Positions 47,166 through 57,135 are shown, numbered from the stretch's first letter. The stretch is 64,000 nucleotides of DNA from Pseudomonadota bacterium (GCA_043825875.1 JBDRRF010000076.1:160001-224000); one strand, 5' to 3'. Translations and numbers: made by a program. The notes: generated from the letters alone by a model not told the origin.

Positions 47166-47976
47166 ATATTTGATATAGCAATCTTTCCTTCCTTGCTACC
47201 ATTTCAACAATTTCCGGTGTTAAATATTTCTTTCGATAACTTGCAGATTGCATAAATGTATTTCGTGGGCGAAGTTTCTTCTTATTTAAAATAAAATCAA
47301 TTTCACTTTTACGATAACCCGTTTTGTTTAAAAACTTGTATAAGTCCAGGTTTAATCTTTCAGTAGCAAGAAATTGAATATTATAGATATCATTTCGATA
47401 TAATCCGGAAAGAACGTAATCATCATCAAAGATTGGGAAAATTTTGGAGGGGTTTTTAAAAAAAAACTGAATGAACTGGATCGTCTGATTACCCAGATCA
47501 ACTCGTAATTTATCGATTCCAACACGATATTGAATATTAAAATTTTGATATGTCAAAAATTCTTTAAAGGAAAGATCCGGAAATTTGGGAAATTCCCGTT
47601 TTAAAATATCTACAGGGGGAATAGGATGATCAGCCCACCAACGGAATTCATAGGTTGAAATATTTCTGGCATGCGGATTGCGAACAATACTAACGATTGG
47701 TTTGTCTCTGTATTCTTCCGGAATTTCTTCACATCTTCCATGCTGATGAGATAGTGCGTTATTTCCTGTAGCAAATTCTGACTGTGGCAGCATTATAGTT
47801 TTAGCAAAAGACCTTTTTGCAGTAAACCACTGCCCGCACAATAAACTAATAAAAGACTTTTTCTTTTTTCTGTGTGCATATATACCTTTAATTGAATCTG
47901 CAGCAAATGTAGACCCTGTTTTTGGAAAAAGTATCATTACAAAACTGTCGGTAACAAGCATTGAAAAAACCATCAA
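47122..47976 (-). CDS. Sulfotransferase-family protein
   Basis: PKTGST PAPS 5'-phosphosulfate loop and VRNP..R..S.Y motif. Confidence 0.75.
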   Translation of the reverse strand: MMVFSMLVTDSFVMILFPKTGSTFAADSIKGIYAHRKKKKSFISLLCGQWFTAKRSFAKTIMLPQSEFATGNNALSHQHGRCEEIPEEYRDKPIVSIVRNPHARNISTYEFRWWADHPIPPVDILKREFPKFPDLSFKEFLTYQNFNIQYRVGIDKLRVDLGNQTIQFIQFFFKNPSKIFPIFDDDYVLSGLYRNDIYNIQFLATERLNLDLYKFLNKTGYRKSEIDFILNKKKLRPRNTFMQSASYRKKYLTPEIVEMVARKERLLYQIYADHGIVYDPEKYN

Positions 47977-47997
47977 CCTATAGAGAATATATTCTAA

Positions 47998-48861
47998 CTA
48001 TTTTTTTGGTATATTTCTAATTTTATCCTGAAATTTGGCAAAGGCATTTTGATATAAGGCAAAATCCAATTGATTATGCTCTACAATTTTTTGTTTCAGC
48101 CCCGAAGAAATTTCGTCAACCAACTGCCGTTTAGGGGTGATATTTACACGGTGATACAAATCGCCCTTCCATCCGAACTTATGTGCAAACAGTTCTATCG
48201 AATCATTGAATTTTTCCTGAAAGCCGACAACATAACATCGTTCGATCAGAGCAAATGCAGCATCAAGAGCTTCTTGTTCATATTGTACTTGGTTTTCATC
48301 TCCCGGCAAATTTTCAAACCACCTTATCTGATGTCTTAACGGTCTTAAAATTGAACGAATCTGGCCATTAAAAAATTCATTAAATGGTGAATACGGATCA
48401 TCGGCAGGTATATAGTTTTTTAAGTCATCACTAAAAATCTGCTCGAGTGTTAAATTGTACTTCTTTATAATTCGGGCAAATTTATATATGGTATCATCCG
48501 GCAAAGAAATTCCGTAGTAATAAAGTGATAAGGCTCGATCAACAGGGTCCCTGAGCAGTGTAAATACAGTAAAAGGTTGTTGCACAGCACCTGCAAAGCC
48601 CCCCGCAGAATGTCCAAGAATACATTTTAGTGACTGCTTTTTTTTATTTGGGAGATCATCATAGTATTTTTGATACCAAGCAAAATCTTTTTGGGTTACT
48701 CTGTTCTCTATATCATAAATATACAATAATTCGTTTTTCTTGTACTGAGACTCAATCGCAAGTTTAAGCGAACTACCTCCAGTTTTTGGTGTGTGCTGAT
48801 ATATATACAGCATATTTTTTGTTTCAGCAGGTTTTTGTCTTATACTAAAAAAGCCCATCAA
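47998..48861 (-). CDS. Sulfotransferase family 2 protein
   Basis: HTPKTGGSS, LRDPVDR.LS.Y, N.LD..LY. Confidence 0.85.
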   Translation of the reverse strand: MMGFFSIRQKPAETKNMLYIYQHTPKTGGSSLKLAIESQYKKNELLYIYDIENRVTQKDFAWYQKYYDDLPNKKKQSLKCILGHSAGGFAGAVQQPFTVFTLLRDPVDRALSLYYYGISLPDDTIYKFARIIKKYNLTLEQIFSDDLKNYIPADDPYSPFNEFFNGQIRSILRPLRHQIRWFENLPGDENQVQYEQEALDAAFALIERCYVVGFQEKFNDSIELFAHKFGWKGDLYHRVNITPKRQLVDEISSGLKQKIVEHNQLDFALYQNAFAKFQDKIRNIPKK

Positions 48862-48872
48862 AAACTCCTTGT

Positions 48873-50318
48873 TTATGATTTTTTTTTGGTTTTTAGCAGG
48901 TTATTCAGAAAAGAATAAACCTTCCAGTACTTTGAATTTTTAATATTATTAATTTCATCCTTATGTCTATTCAATTCATAAATATTTTTTTCCTTATGTT
49001 GATTTAGCTTGCGGACAAGCACCTCATTTTCATAGTGTTTGGTAACATGATACTGCGGATGATCGGGAAACTCGGAAGGCTGATCCAAAGGTACATGCAA
49101 AGGGTACTCATTTTCCCTGTTATATTCATTAAACGTACTTTCGAGCCATTCCATATCTTTTGGTGCAATGCCTTTTGTTTTAGTGCGTACCTCCGATGTC
49201 AAAATACTCTTAAACAAGCCGCCGTTGTAAACAGTACTTTTAAAGGTTTCATTTGCTACTCCGACTCCCTCGATTTCAGATATCGGCTTCGGCCATGTAA
49301 TCATATCTCCAATAAAAGAAATACCAAGCTGTTCACAACATTTGCGCAATACTACCTCTGATTCTGTGATAAGTGATTCAAATCTAATAATAGGCCAATT
49401 ATTTTCCCTAAACTGTTGCCAGTCAAAAAGGAATCTTTTAAAACGAATGCGTAAGGGAGGATCTTCAGCAGTAGTACCGTTTAATCCATAAGACTTGTTC
49501 CGTAGTGAAGAATATGCTGAACGAACATCTCGAACAACTAGTAGCGGTCGGACCCGCCATCCCTGATCACTGTAAAAATCAGCAACTTCATTCCACCTAA
49601 AACAAGATGTTGTCATTTTACACCAAGCCAGTTCCGTATTCGTATAAGGCATCAACAATATCCCTTCACTCCACATATCAAGTATTCCGCTCATATCCGG
49701 CCTTTGCAAGAAACACCACGAAACCAATGTTGAGCCACCACTTTGCATACCTGTGCATAAAATCATTTCATTCTTGTTGTCATTTTTTTTAAGGCAGCGA
49801 AACCGTCCTTCTCCCTGTATTGCACGAAACCCTGAATCCGCCCCAATTTTTTTTTCAGACATCCTATATGCAACCTGATCCTCACTTTTATTACATAATA
49901 ACACAACCCCACCTTCGCAAAGATATTGCTCCAAATGACCAGCAATCTCAGCGTTGTTATTGTATATATCAATATCTATCACTATTAAATCAAATCCTTC
50001 TTTTGAAACAGGATGGTCTCCAATTTCTGAAAATTTGATATATTTTATTTGTTTTTCAATGGACAAAGAACCAAAAATATTTTTTAATAGATCTTTATTA
50101 CAATCATTTTCTATACATTCTTTTATATCAACTGAATTCTTTGAGCATGCAACCAGATAAACAGTCCCGCTACATTCTTTAGCAACCTCTCCCAAACAAA
50201 CCCCGATAGAAAGGCAGCTCGTTCCTATCTGAAGCAACGACCCGGTTTTAAAGGAAAGTTTTGACAATTTATACAAATAACACAATTCTTTTTTTGTTAG
50301 TAAAGTCAATTCGCTCAT
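48873..50318 (-). CDS. Fusion: methyltransferase-like N-domain + sulfotransferase domain + C-terminal coiled coil
   Basis: LLQIGT...FDLIVID...L..GGVVL, then GMQSGGSTL, VVRDVR.AYSSL, IRFESLI, and a helical tail ending NSKYWK. Confidence 0.7.
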   Translation of the reverse strand: MSELTLLTKKELCYLYKLSKLSFKTGSLLQIGTSCLSIGVCLGEVAKECSGTVYLVACSKNSVDIKECIENDCNKDLLKNIFGSLSIEKQIKYIKFSEIGDHPVSKEGFDLIVIDIDIYNNNAEIAGHLEQYLCEGGVVLLCNKSEDQVAYRMSEKKIGADSGFRAIQGEGRFRCLKKNDNKNEMILCTGMQSGGSTLVSWCFLQRPDMSGILDMWSEGILLMPYTNTELAWCKMTTSCFRWNEVADFYSDQGWRVRPLLVVRDVRSAYSSLRNKSYGLNGTTAEDPPLRIRFKRFLFDWQQFRENNWPIIRFESLITESEVVLRKCCEQLGISFIGDMITWPKPISEIEGVGVANETFKSTVYNGGLFKSILTSEVRTKTKGIAPKDMEWLESTFNEYNRENEYPLHVPLDQPSEFPDHPQYHVTKHYENEVLVRKLNQHKEKNIYELNRHKDEINNIKNSKYWKVYSFLNNLLKTKKKS

Positions 50319-50325
50319 AAAAAAT

Positions 50326-51261
50326 CTATTTTCTTTTGTTATTGGAATATATAAAATTACTAAATCGTCTTTTTGCTCTACTTAGCAATTTTTTTTTATC
50401 TACAATGCCTCCATTATTTAACGAAACCAGACTACTATAATAATTTAAATCCACTACAGGTATAGTCTCAAGAAATTTTTCGCATTCAAGGATATCTGCA
50501 ACTCGGCTTCCTGAAAAGTTTCTACAGTTTACAATCCAGGACTGTTCCAACCCAGAATAAGGAATTATCCATGAATACCTGTAGCGTGCCATCCTGAGCG
50601 TTTTCCTGTCATCTTGCATTGGCTCACCAGAACCTTGATGCCACGGATGGTAGACTTTTTTATCAGGAGACCATTTTATTGCCATTCCTGAATTGCGAAG
50701 ACGTGTATATAGTTCTATAGCCTGACAACCTGACCCGGCAAAAGCACTATGGGTTTCATATCCATTTACATTTTCAAAGTTATAACGGCTCAATGTCAGG
50801 CATCCACTGTAATTTTCCGGGTTTGTCAACCGGCAGTTTTTCTCCAAATAAGAAAATGCGATTCTTTCTTTTACCCGGGTTTCCCCTATTTCATCATATC
50901 GCTGAAAATATAATGCCAGATCTCTATGATACTGATGTGAATCCCATATGTACTGTAAAATATTCCGATCAACGGCTATATCACCGTCAGGAATCACCAG
51001 CAATTCTCCTAAGCTCAATTCTACACCCGCATTAATACATAAACCTAAATGCCAGGGTTCATCATAAGGATGATTTAGGGTCAAAAGCTTTGCATTGGAA
51101 TATTGGCTTATTGTTTCTTTGATTTGATTATTTGACTGGTAGAAATCGACCCAGATCAACTCATATTCATTATTTTTAAAATTCTGATCACCAAAAGACC
51201 TTATAGTATGATCGCTTTCCCTGAAATTACCATCCCATGTAATAACCGATATTTTCAGCAT
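50326..51261 (-). CDS. Glycosyltransferase family 2/7-like
   Basis: ELIWVD, NAGV, PDGD, VNGYE, VYHPWH. Confidence 0.75.
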   Translation of the reverse strand: MLKISVITWDGNFRESDHTIRSFGDQNFKNNEYELIWVDFYQSNNQIKETISQYSNAKLLTLNHPYDEPWHLGLCINAGVELSLGELLVIPDGDIAVDRNILQYIWDSHQYHRDLALYFQRYDEIGETRVKERIAFSYLEKNCRLTNPENYSGCLTLSRYNFENVNGYETHSAFAGSGCQAIELYTRLRNSGMAIKWSPDKKVYHPWHQGSGEPMQDDRKTLRMARYRYSWIIPYSGLEQSWIVNCRNFSGSRVADILECEKFLETIPVVDLNYYSSLVSLNNGGIVDKKKLLSRAKRRFSNFIYSNNKRK

Positions 51262-52262
51262 CCTCGCTCTTCCACGGTTTTCGCAGTTAATCTTTTAAAA
51301 TCACTTATCCATGCATTGCAACTTTCCAATTCCATAGATCCAACTAATCCTTTTTTATTCAGCATCTTATATATCCTTAAAATATTATCCGGTTGATCGG
51401 AACTTAAATCGATCGATTCAAGAATATCTACTACCTCTTTCGTCTTGAGATAACATTCTATTTCCTGCTCGAAATCGTCCATAAGATTGTGAGTATTTCT
51501 TTCCTGATATACAACCGCTTTGCTGAAACCTAATCGAAGATCATTAACCCACATCAAACGCTGTGCAATATAACTTCTTAATATATCAGTAAACCTAAAA
51601 GTGACACTAACAGGCAGATAAAGACAGGGAAAAACGTTGCGAATCCAAAAAGTGTTTTGAGAATTAAACGGACAATAACAACCTTTATCAATAGCAAGTG
51701 AAGGATGTTTATCAAATACTATCTTTTTGTTAACCGTCAACCGGTATATGGCATCTACATCAGGATCAATATCCACAAGCCCTTGTAAAATACCAATATC
51801 AGTTACGATATTAGTTTTTAGCTTATCACCAAGATATTTTTTTATTTCATCTAACGGAAAACCTCGAGGCCAAACCTTATACCGCGTAAAGTATTTATAG
51901 ACATTTACAAACCGTTCTGAAGATACAATCATCCTGTCACAATAAAAATCCGGTAACTGCCAATCGGATGTCGGGAAATTATCGTCATCGGTATCATATA
52001 TAATTTCAGCACCTTTTTTGATTGCATACAAATAGCCAATATTTTTTCTCGCATAATGGTTATACGGCAACTTCTCTATAATCGAAAAAGGTAATTTCCT
52101 TTGATCCTCTAATGAAAGATATGTCAAATTGGCAGTACTTTCAATATGTTTACTTTTTTTGTCACCAACAACCACAATATGCCATCCATCGAATTTTTCA
52201 AACTCGGATATAGCCTTTGTTTTTTCATTAATTGTTGTTATTATAATGAAGTTTTTCATCAT
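51255..52262 (-). CDS. STELLO-like (DUF288) glycosyltransferase-family protein
   Basis: IITTIN, VVGDKK, YARKNIGYLYAI..GA..IYDTDDDN, WPRGFPL, DPDVDAIYRL, PFNSQNT, FRFTDILR. Confidence 0.85.
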   Translation of the reverse strand: MMKNFIIITTINEKTKAISEFEKFDGWHIVVVGDKKSKHIESTANLTYLSLEDQRKLPFSIIEKLPYNHYARKNIGYLYAIKKGAEIIYDTDDDNFPTSDWQLPDFYCDRMIVSSERFVNVYKYFTRYKVWPRGFPLDEIKKYLGDKLKTNIVTDIGILQGLVDIDPDVDAIYRLTVNKKIVFDKHPSLAIDKGCYCPFNSQNTFWIRNVFPCLYLPVSVTFRFTDILRSYIAQRLMWVNDLRLGFSKAVVYQERNTHNLMDDFEQEIECYLKTKEVVDILESIDLSSDQPDNILRIYKMLNKKGLVGSMELESCNAWISDFKRLTAKTVEERGC

Positions 52263-52263
52263 T

Positions 52264-53490
52264 TCACCAAGAAGAACTTTTTCTATCAATTGCCTTAGAG
52301 TTCCATTCCCCTATAATTTGGACAGGAGAATGACCAATGAATTTACCCGTTACCCTGAAATTACAAAGGTTTTGACACTTATAAACAACCTCACCATGTC
52401 TTTCAGTAGTGATGGTCAGGCAAATTGCATATAAACTTGGATTTAAATAAATTTTGCCTAAGCCAATCTCAAGAGTCATTTCACAGCCTGAATTTATAAT
52501 CTTAATATCATTAAAAAATGAGCTGCACTGTACAATTTCCTGTAACTCTTGGGTAACTATTGTCAAGCAGATATTGGGGTTTTCAATTTCCTTGGCTACG
52601 TTAAATTGAATAAGCACATAAAGATCTTCCCCAAAGATAACTTCGTTGATATTTGCCTTCTCTCCACTTCGCAATTCAATTTTATTAACAATAGCTTTAC
52701 CGCTCCCCCCCACCACAAGCGAGTGTTCCTCTGGCTGAAAGTGGTTGTAATAAATGTCTATTCCAGATGCCACATCTTTCCCATGGTAGCATACTTTACC
52801 AAAATCGATCACAATAAGATTAGTACATATTCTTGAAACCTGTGGCATTGCGTGAGTAACTAAAATAACAGCCGCCTTCTGCATCATACCATAAATTGCG
52901 TTAAAACATTTCGCTCTGAAGCCAACATCTCCCACAGAAAGTACTTCATCAATAATCAGAATATCCGGATCCATCTGCACTGCTACTGCAAATCCCAACC
53001 GTACCTTCATACCCGAGCTGTAATACTGAACCGGAGTATCAATGAACTCAACAATCTCCGCAAACTCGACAATGTCATCAAACTTCCGGTCAACTTCCTC
53101 TTTTGTAAACCCTAATACTGCTCCATTAACATAGATATTTTCGCGTCCCGTAAGGATAGGATTGAAACCCGCTCCTAACTCAATTAACGCACCTACTCGT
53201 CCGTGCATCTCAATTCTGCCGCTATCCGGCTTAATCAAACCATTTAGCATTTTAAGAAGTGAGCTTTTACCGGCTCCATTAGGCCCAATTAGCCCCAAAC
53301 ATTCACCCCGCTTCAATTCGAAACTAACATCCTTCACCGCCCAGAACTCATCTTGACGCAGTTCTTCATTTCCGCAGTGTGAGCCGATCAACTCGCTACC
53401 CAAATCCTTCATGCCATACCATAAAGACCGCTTCAGGCTTCGACAGAATTTTTTTGAAACGTTTTCGACTTTAATTAGAGTTTCAGACAT
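52264..53490 (-). CDS. wzt: Polysaccharide ABC transporter ATP-binding protein with C-terminal Wzt-C domain
   Basis: GPNGAGKS, YSSGM.VRLGFA, IDEVLSVGD, plus about 160 aa of C-terminal beta-rich domain. Confidence 0.93.
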   Translation of the reverse strand: MSETLIKVENVSKKFCRSLKRSLWYGMKDLGSELIGSHCGNEELRQDEFWAVKDVSFELKRGECLGLIGPNGAGKSSLLKMLNGLIKPDSGRIEMHGRVGALIELGAGFNPILTGRENIYVNGAVLGFTKEEVDRKFDDIVEFAEIVEFIDTPVQYYSSGMKVRLGFAVAVQMDPDILIIDEVLSVGDVGFRAKCFNAIYGMMQKAAVILVTHAMPQVSRICTNLIVIDFGKVCYHGKDVASGIDIYYNHFQPEEHSLVVGGSGKAIVNKIELRSGEKANINEVIFGEDLYVLIQFNVAKEIENPNICLTIVTQELQEIVQCSSFFNDIKIINSGCEMTLEIGLGKIYLNPSLYAICLTITTERHGEVVYKCQNLCNFRVTGKFIGHSPVQIIGEWNSKAIDRKSSSW

Positions 53491-53681
53491 TCGGATACTC
53501 TGCCGGAGCCTTCTGCTATATTAAAGACCACCGAAACTGATGATCTTTTTAGTTGGGATGTTAACCCGAATTTTTCTTCCGATGGGAAAGCACCCACAAG
53601 ACGATAGAGTTGATCCACCCAGCCCATCGCCTTTATCCAAACATCAAACTTCTCAAATCTAAATCCGGATTCATCTACCAT
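53475..53681 (-). pseudogene. Truncated four-helix-bundle (23S rRNA IVP family) gene
   Basis: FEKFDVW.KA...Y....FPSEEKFGLTSQLKRSSVSV..NIAEGSGR, then cut off at the wzt start. Confidence 0.85.
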
Positions 53682-53749
53682 ATTAATTCGTGAATCTCAC
53701 TTTTTATAGCTTTACTTTTTCGCACCTATCACCTCTCGTCTTTTGTCTC

Positions 53750-54601
53750 TCAGGCGCTCATCCGTTCGATGAGAATAGGCATGGCAATCCGATATATTAT
53801 CCAAACAATTAGAAGAAGTACGATAGATATTGCATTTACCAAAAAGAAGTATCCTAAATACTCCGGGGAATATCCTGTAAGCCAATCTCGAGCCGTCAAC
53901 ACCAATGGAGTTATAGGATTAATTTTATAAATGTACAACGCCCAACCGCTTTTCGGCATCGGAAACAAAACCGGAGTAAGATACATCAAAAACTGCATAA
54001 GCAAAGGAAGCGCTTTACCAATATCTGTATATAGCATCCCAACCGGCGTTAACAAAAGGCCTATAGCTGTTCCGGTCATAATAAGAGATATTATTCCAAA
54101 CGGAAACAAAACAAATGTCCATGTTGGATAAATGCCAACTATCAGCAGAACAACAAGCATCAAAAGTATTTTAATTGTACTATTAAACAGAGTCTGATAA
54201 ATTCCGGAAAGTACTATAGCTTCTTTAGGAAAATTAATTTTTGCCAGCATATGCTTTGCAGCGGTTGTCTGCTGTAAAGGTTTGTTAACCGACTCTATAA
54301 ATATTGCCCAAAGAATTGTTCCGGTAAATACATATACCGGATAAGGCAGATTGGTTTTACCTACTTTTACAATGCCTGATCCGCTCAGAAATATCCAGGT
54401 AAGTGCATGAGCAAGAGGCAGTATAAATGCCCAAAGAAAGCCTAATGCAGTTTGCCGATACTGAGCTCGTATATCCCGCTTGGCAAGCTGCGTTGCAAGC
54501 TCACGCCCGGCAAACAAATCCCTAAACATATCGCGCAGCATATGCATTGGATTTCGCAAAGAAGATTCAGGTGTATAAACAGTAATATTATTTTGTTTCA
54601 T
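53750..54601 (-). CDS. wzm: Polysaccharide ABC transporter permease
   Basis: RDIRAQYRQTALGFLWA, KINFP, YLTPV.FP, NP.TP. Confidence 0.93.
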   Translation of the reverse strand: MKQNNITVYTPESSLRNPMHMLRDMFRDLFAGRELATQLAKRDIRAQYRQTALGFLWAFILPLAHALTWIFLSGSGIVKVGKTNLPYPVYVFTGTILWAIFIESVNKPLQQTTAAKHMLAKINFPKEAIVLSGIYQTLFNSTIKILLMLVVLLIVGIYPTWTFVLFPFGIISLIMTGTAIGLLLTPVGMLYTDIGKALPLLMQFLMYLTPVLFPMPKSGWALYIYKINPITPLVLTARDWLTGYSPEYLGYFFLVNAISIVLLLIVWIIYRIAMPILIERMSA

Positions 54602-54607
54602 GTATTG

Positions 54608-54855
54608 CTACTTATTCAAAAACATCTTCTTATCATTAATTAAATAATCCACCAGCATATTCACACTCTCTTCTATAGTACTTTCACTTGTGTCAATTAC
54701 TATATCCGGATTTTCAGGTTCTTCATAGGAAGAGCCTACACCGGTATAATTTTTTTTTAACTCCCGATCTGGCTTTTGCGTATAAACCTTTGGCATCTCT
54801 TGCTTCACATACATCAAGCGGACAATTACAATAAACTTCAATAAAGCTTTTGGGA
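54608..54855 (-). pseudogene. Frameshifted duplicate of the cysC 3' end
   Basis: Near-identical to 57136-~57385, with a +1 T in a poly-T run. Confidence 0.9.
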
Positions 54856-54936
54856 AAAATTGGTAATAGAAGGGGTTCTACATCCCGTGGCTATGGGGCA
54901 AGCGAAGGGCACAAAAAATAAAATATAACTATCGAT

Positions 54937-55335
54937 CTAACAGAGGGACTTTAAAGCCTGCCTGAAATGCACATCAAAACACAACGCAACCTTCAACCGT
55001 TCCTCCTTCATTACCACAAACGAAAAACAGTCCACAAGCCCCCATGCTTTATCAGAATGTCCCTTATACAGAGCGAGCGCTTTCTCCATGTCTTCAGAAT
55101 CAAAAGGAACAACCTTGGTATTCCTGTCCGACCTTATCTTCTCAATAACAGCCACAGCGGTTGCACGATAAGGAGGCTTTGCAAGGCAATTGGCAAGTTC
55201 GACAAGCACCAGATCAGTCGTTATAAAAGGACCGGCATGGTTGGCTGATGCAGAAAGGGCATCTTCATGCCGTGCATCCTTTTTTCTGATTAGCGCAAGA
55301 AGATAGCTCGTATCAAGAAATATCGCCTGCATCAC
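54937..55335 (-). CDS. vapC: VapC/PIN toxin
   Basis: FLDTSYLLAL...D..H, LVE, DK.WGLVDC.SF.VM, FD.HF.Q. Confidence 0.88.
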   Translation of the reverse strand: MMQAIFLDTSYLLALIRKKDARHEDALSASANHAGPFITTDLVLVELANCLAKPPYRATAVAVIEKIRSDRNTKVVPFDSEDMEKALALYKGHSDKAWGLVDCFSFVVMKEERLKVALCFDVHFRQALKSLC

Positions 55336-55553
55336 TTCTTAGATACCCCGTAGAGATAGTGGTCATGTTGCTCCGCCAAGTCGGCTGGGAGGTCATCCTC
55401 TATGGCATAAGCAGCGACCTCGGAAAGAAGGGTTACGGGTTTCCCGGTCGTTTTATATTGCCTTTTCAGTTTTTTAACGAGATGTTCAACCTCAACCAAC
55501 ATTGAAGCCGGCAACAGATCAAGGTCTTTTTTTAGTATTTCCAGTTTATTCAT
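55332..55553 (-). CDS. Antitoxin partner of VapC
   Basis: MNKLEILKKDLDLLP...DLPADLAEQHDHYLYG. Overlaps the vapC start; GAGG RBS before ATG 55553. Confidence 0.8.
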   Translation of the reverse strand: MNKLEILKKDLDLLPASMLVEVEHLVKKLKRQYKTTGKPVTLLSEVAAYAIEDDLPADLAEQHDHYLYGVSKK

Positions 55554-55605
55554 ACAGTAACCTCTGTAAAAAAAATTCACTATTAAAGCTCTCTCTGAAT
55601 AAAAA

Positions 55606-55923
55606 TCAATGAGCCCGGTACGCCTGATCATGCGGCCCAAGCAATACAAACTTGACTGTCTGGTCAAGGGTCGTTCCGCAGTCTGAACAGAGGATAACGG
55701 CATCATCACCTTTTTTCCGGCAGATCTCACAGAACAGGTAAATGATAATGAAATTACGTTTGACATGGCAGGAATAGAACCCTTGCCAGTTTCCCTTCAA
55801 GGGTTCACCCATTGAAATGGGGTTCTCAAGAATCATGTCGACTTTGTTTTTCACCAGTTTCCTGATGGAAGCATGCTTCTTTAAAGCTTTGAGAAAAGCT
55901 GCTTCGAAACGCGCTTCAATCAT
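55606..55923 (-). CDS. RelE/ParE (YafQ-like) toxin
   Basis: F.KALKK..., ENP..GEPLKG...G.YS.HV..., GPHD.AY. Confidence 0.82.
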   Translation of the reverse strand: MIEARFEAAFLKALKKHASIRKLVKNKVDMILENPISMGEPLKGNWQGFYSCHVKRNFIIIYLFCEICRKKGDDAVILCSDCGTTLDQTVKFVLLGPHDQAYRAH

Positions 55924-56177
55924 TCCGCGAACACCTCGTCGTAGGTATGCCACACAGTCGAGCCGTCCTTGAGACGGATCATAACTTCCTGCATGGCGGT
56001 CTGAAACGCCGGGTCTGCAAAAATGAACTCAGCGTTTCTGCCTTCAACCTTTCTTTTCAGGTTGAGCAAATACTGCGTCATCAAATCGGCAACAGTAACG
56101 CGGTTTTCCGCGGCAAACACCCGGGCGAAATCTGCAATATCCTGATCGAGACTGATGTTGATACGTGTTTTGGGCAT
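55920..56177 (-). CDS. RHH-type antitoxin (DUF6364-like)
   Basis: KTRINISLDQDI..FAR.FA.EN..TV..L, C-terminus TYDEVF. AAGGAGG RBS; coupled to the toxin. Confidence 0.8.
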   Translation of the reverse strand: MPKTRINISLDQDIADFARVFAAENRVTVADLMTQYLLNLKRKVEGRNAEFIFADPAFQTAMQEVMIRLKDGSTVWHTYDEVFAE

Positions 56178-56383
56178 GATGTACCTCCTTATGATATGTT
56201 CCCAGCATACACACGAATGGATCAGATGTCAAACAATTTTAGGAGGAAAATAGAGGAACGTACAAAAGGTTCTTAAACCACTCCGGAAACATAGAAACAA
56301 GAAACGGTTCCTCGCTATTTCGTGTGGGTAACTCTCACCCTTGGATGCAATTCGATAAACATAGGGCCACAACAAAACCTTAT

Positions 56384-56465
56384 CTGACAGGATTTACATG
56401 ATTAACAGGATGATTTATCAGACCGCTCCAAAAAGAGCGGCCTGAAACATGCAGCCGCTTCACGG
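56384..56465. repeat. Partial REP-like element (ACAGGATT(T/A)AC-type 9-mers plus hairpin) beside GxxExxY remnant
   Basis: tgacaggatttacatgattaacaggat followed by cag.ccgctc-caaaa-gagcgg.ctg. Confidence 0.5.
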
Positions 56466-56508
56466 AGGGTGAAACGCCAATGGTGTCCGGACCACTCCGA
56501 TCGGCAAC

Positions 56509-56700
56509 TCATTGCTTTCCCTTCGCTGTACGATACTTGCGTTTGACATAAACACCCATTAAACCAAAATTGATCAGCAGGCCAACCTCAATTCCAGTTG
56601 CCACCAAATAGTTCACCAACTGTTTTCGATAGACGCTTTCCAAAAATCCGAATCCCAAGTTGTTATAGACTTGGTAAGCACAGCCGATTACTTTGTGGAT
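56509..56700 (-). pseudogene. Internally deleted GxxExxY (PD-(D/E)xK-like) gene
   Basis: VIGCAY.VYN.LGFGFLESVY fused directly to QL.NYL.ATG.EVGLLINFG. The central part is missing. Confidence 0.85.
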
Positions 56701-56719
56701 TTCAAAGCCCCATAGTCCA

Positions 56720-57043
56720 TTATAATGAGAAAATTTCCTGCCCGGTGCTCTTAATCTCATCAATAAGTATTCCACCTTTTGCATAGTCCTCAGGAGTAAA
56801 AGGGATGGGTTCAATCCTGCTGTCTATTCCACGTCTTAAGGGAACGATAAGCCTCCTGTCTGAATACCTGTCACCTTTAAATGCGGATGAAATAACAGCA
56901 ATATCTATATCACTGTCTTCCCTTGGTGTTTTTTTCATGTAAGAACCAAACAACAACACTTTTTCAACAGAAATGTTATTTTCTTTTAATCGTACTATAT
57001 ATTTTTTTATTAAATTAATAATTAAAGATTTTGAAGAAGCCAT
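56720..57043 (-). CDS. Minimal nucleotidyltransferase (MNT) of a HEPN-MNT-type pair
   Basis: LFGSY......DSDIDIAVIS..F. Only a short possible HEPN C-terminal remnant (..IERLKKWLLQNL) overlaps its start. Confidence 0.88.
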   Translation of the reverse strand: MASSKSLIINLIKKYIVRLKENNISVEKVLLFGSYMKKTPREDSDIDIAVISSAFKGDRYSDRRLIVPLRRGIDSRIEPIPFTPEDYAKGGILIDEIKSTGQEIFSL

Positions 57044-57135
57044 TTTTTTAACCTCTCAATTTGTTCAAGTTTATTTATAGCACAATCATTATTTTAATAT
57101 ATTTTATACTATTCCGATATCATCTGCAAGGATTC

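Noticed and set aside
55554..55766. N-terminal extension of the 144-aa ORF 55332..55766
   Set aside because: It overlaps the RelE-like toxin. The real start is ATG 55553 with a GAGG RBS. Similar over-extended starts were trimmed for yeeE, phd, abrB, int and rep.
54850..57135. Integron cassette array
   Set aside because: No integron integrase in the window, and I could not identify convincing attC (RYYYAAC...GTTRRRY) sites by eye.
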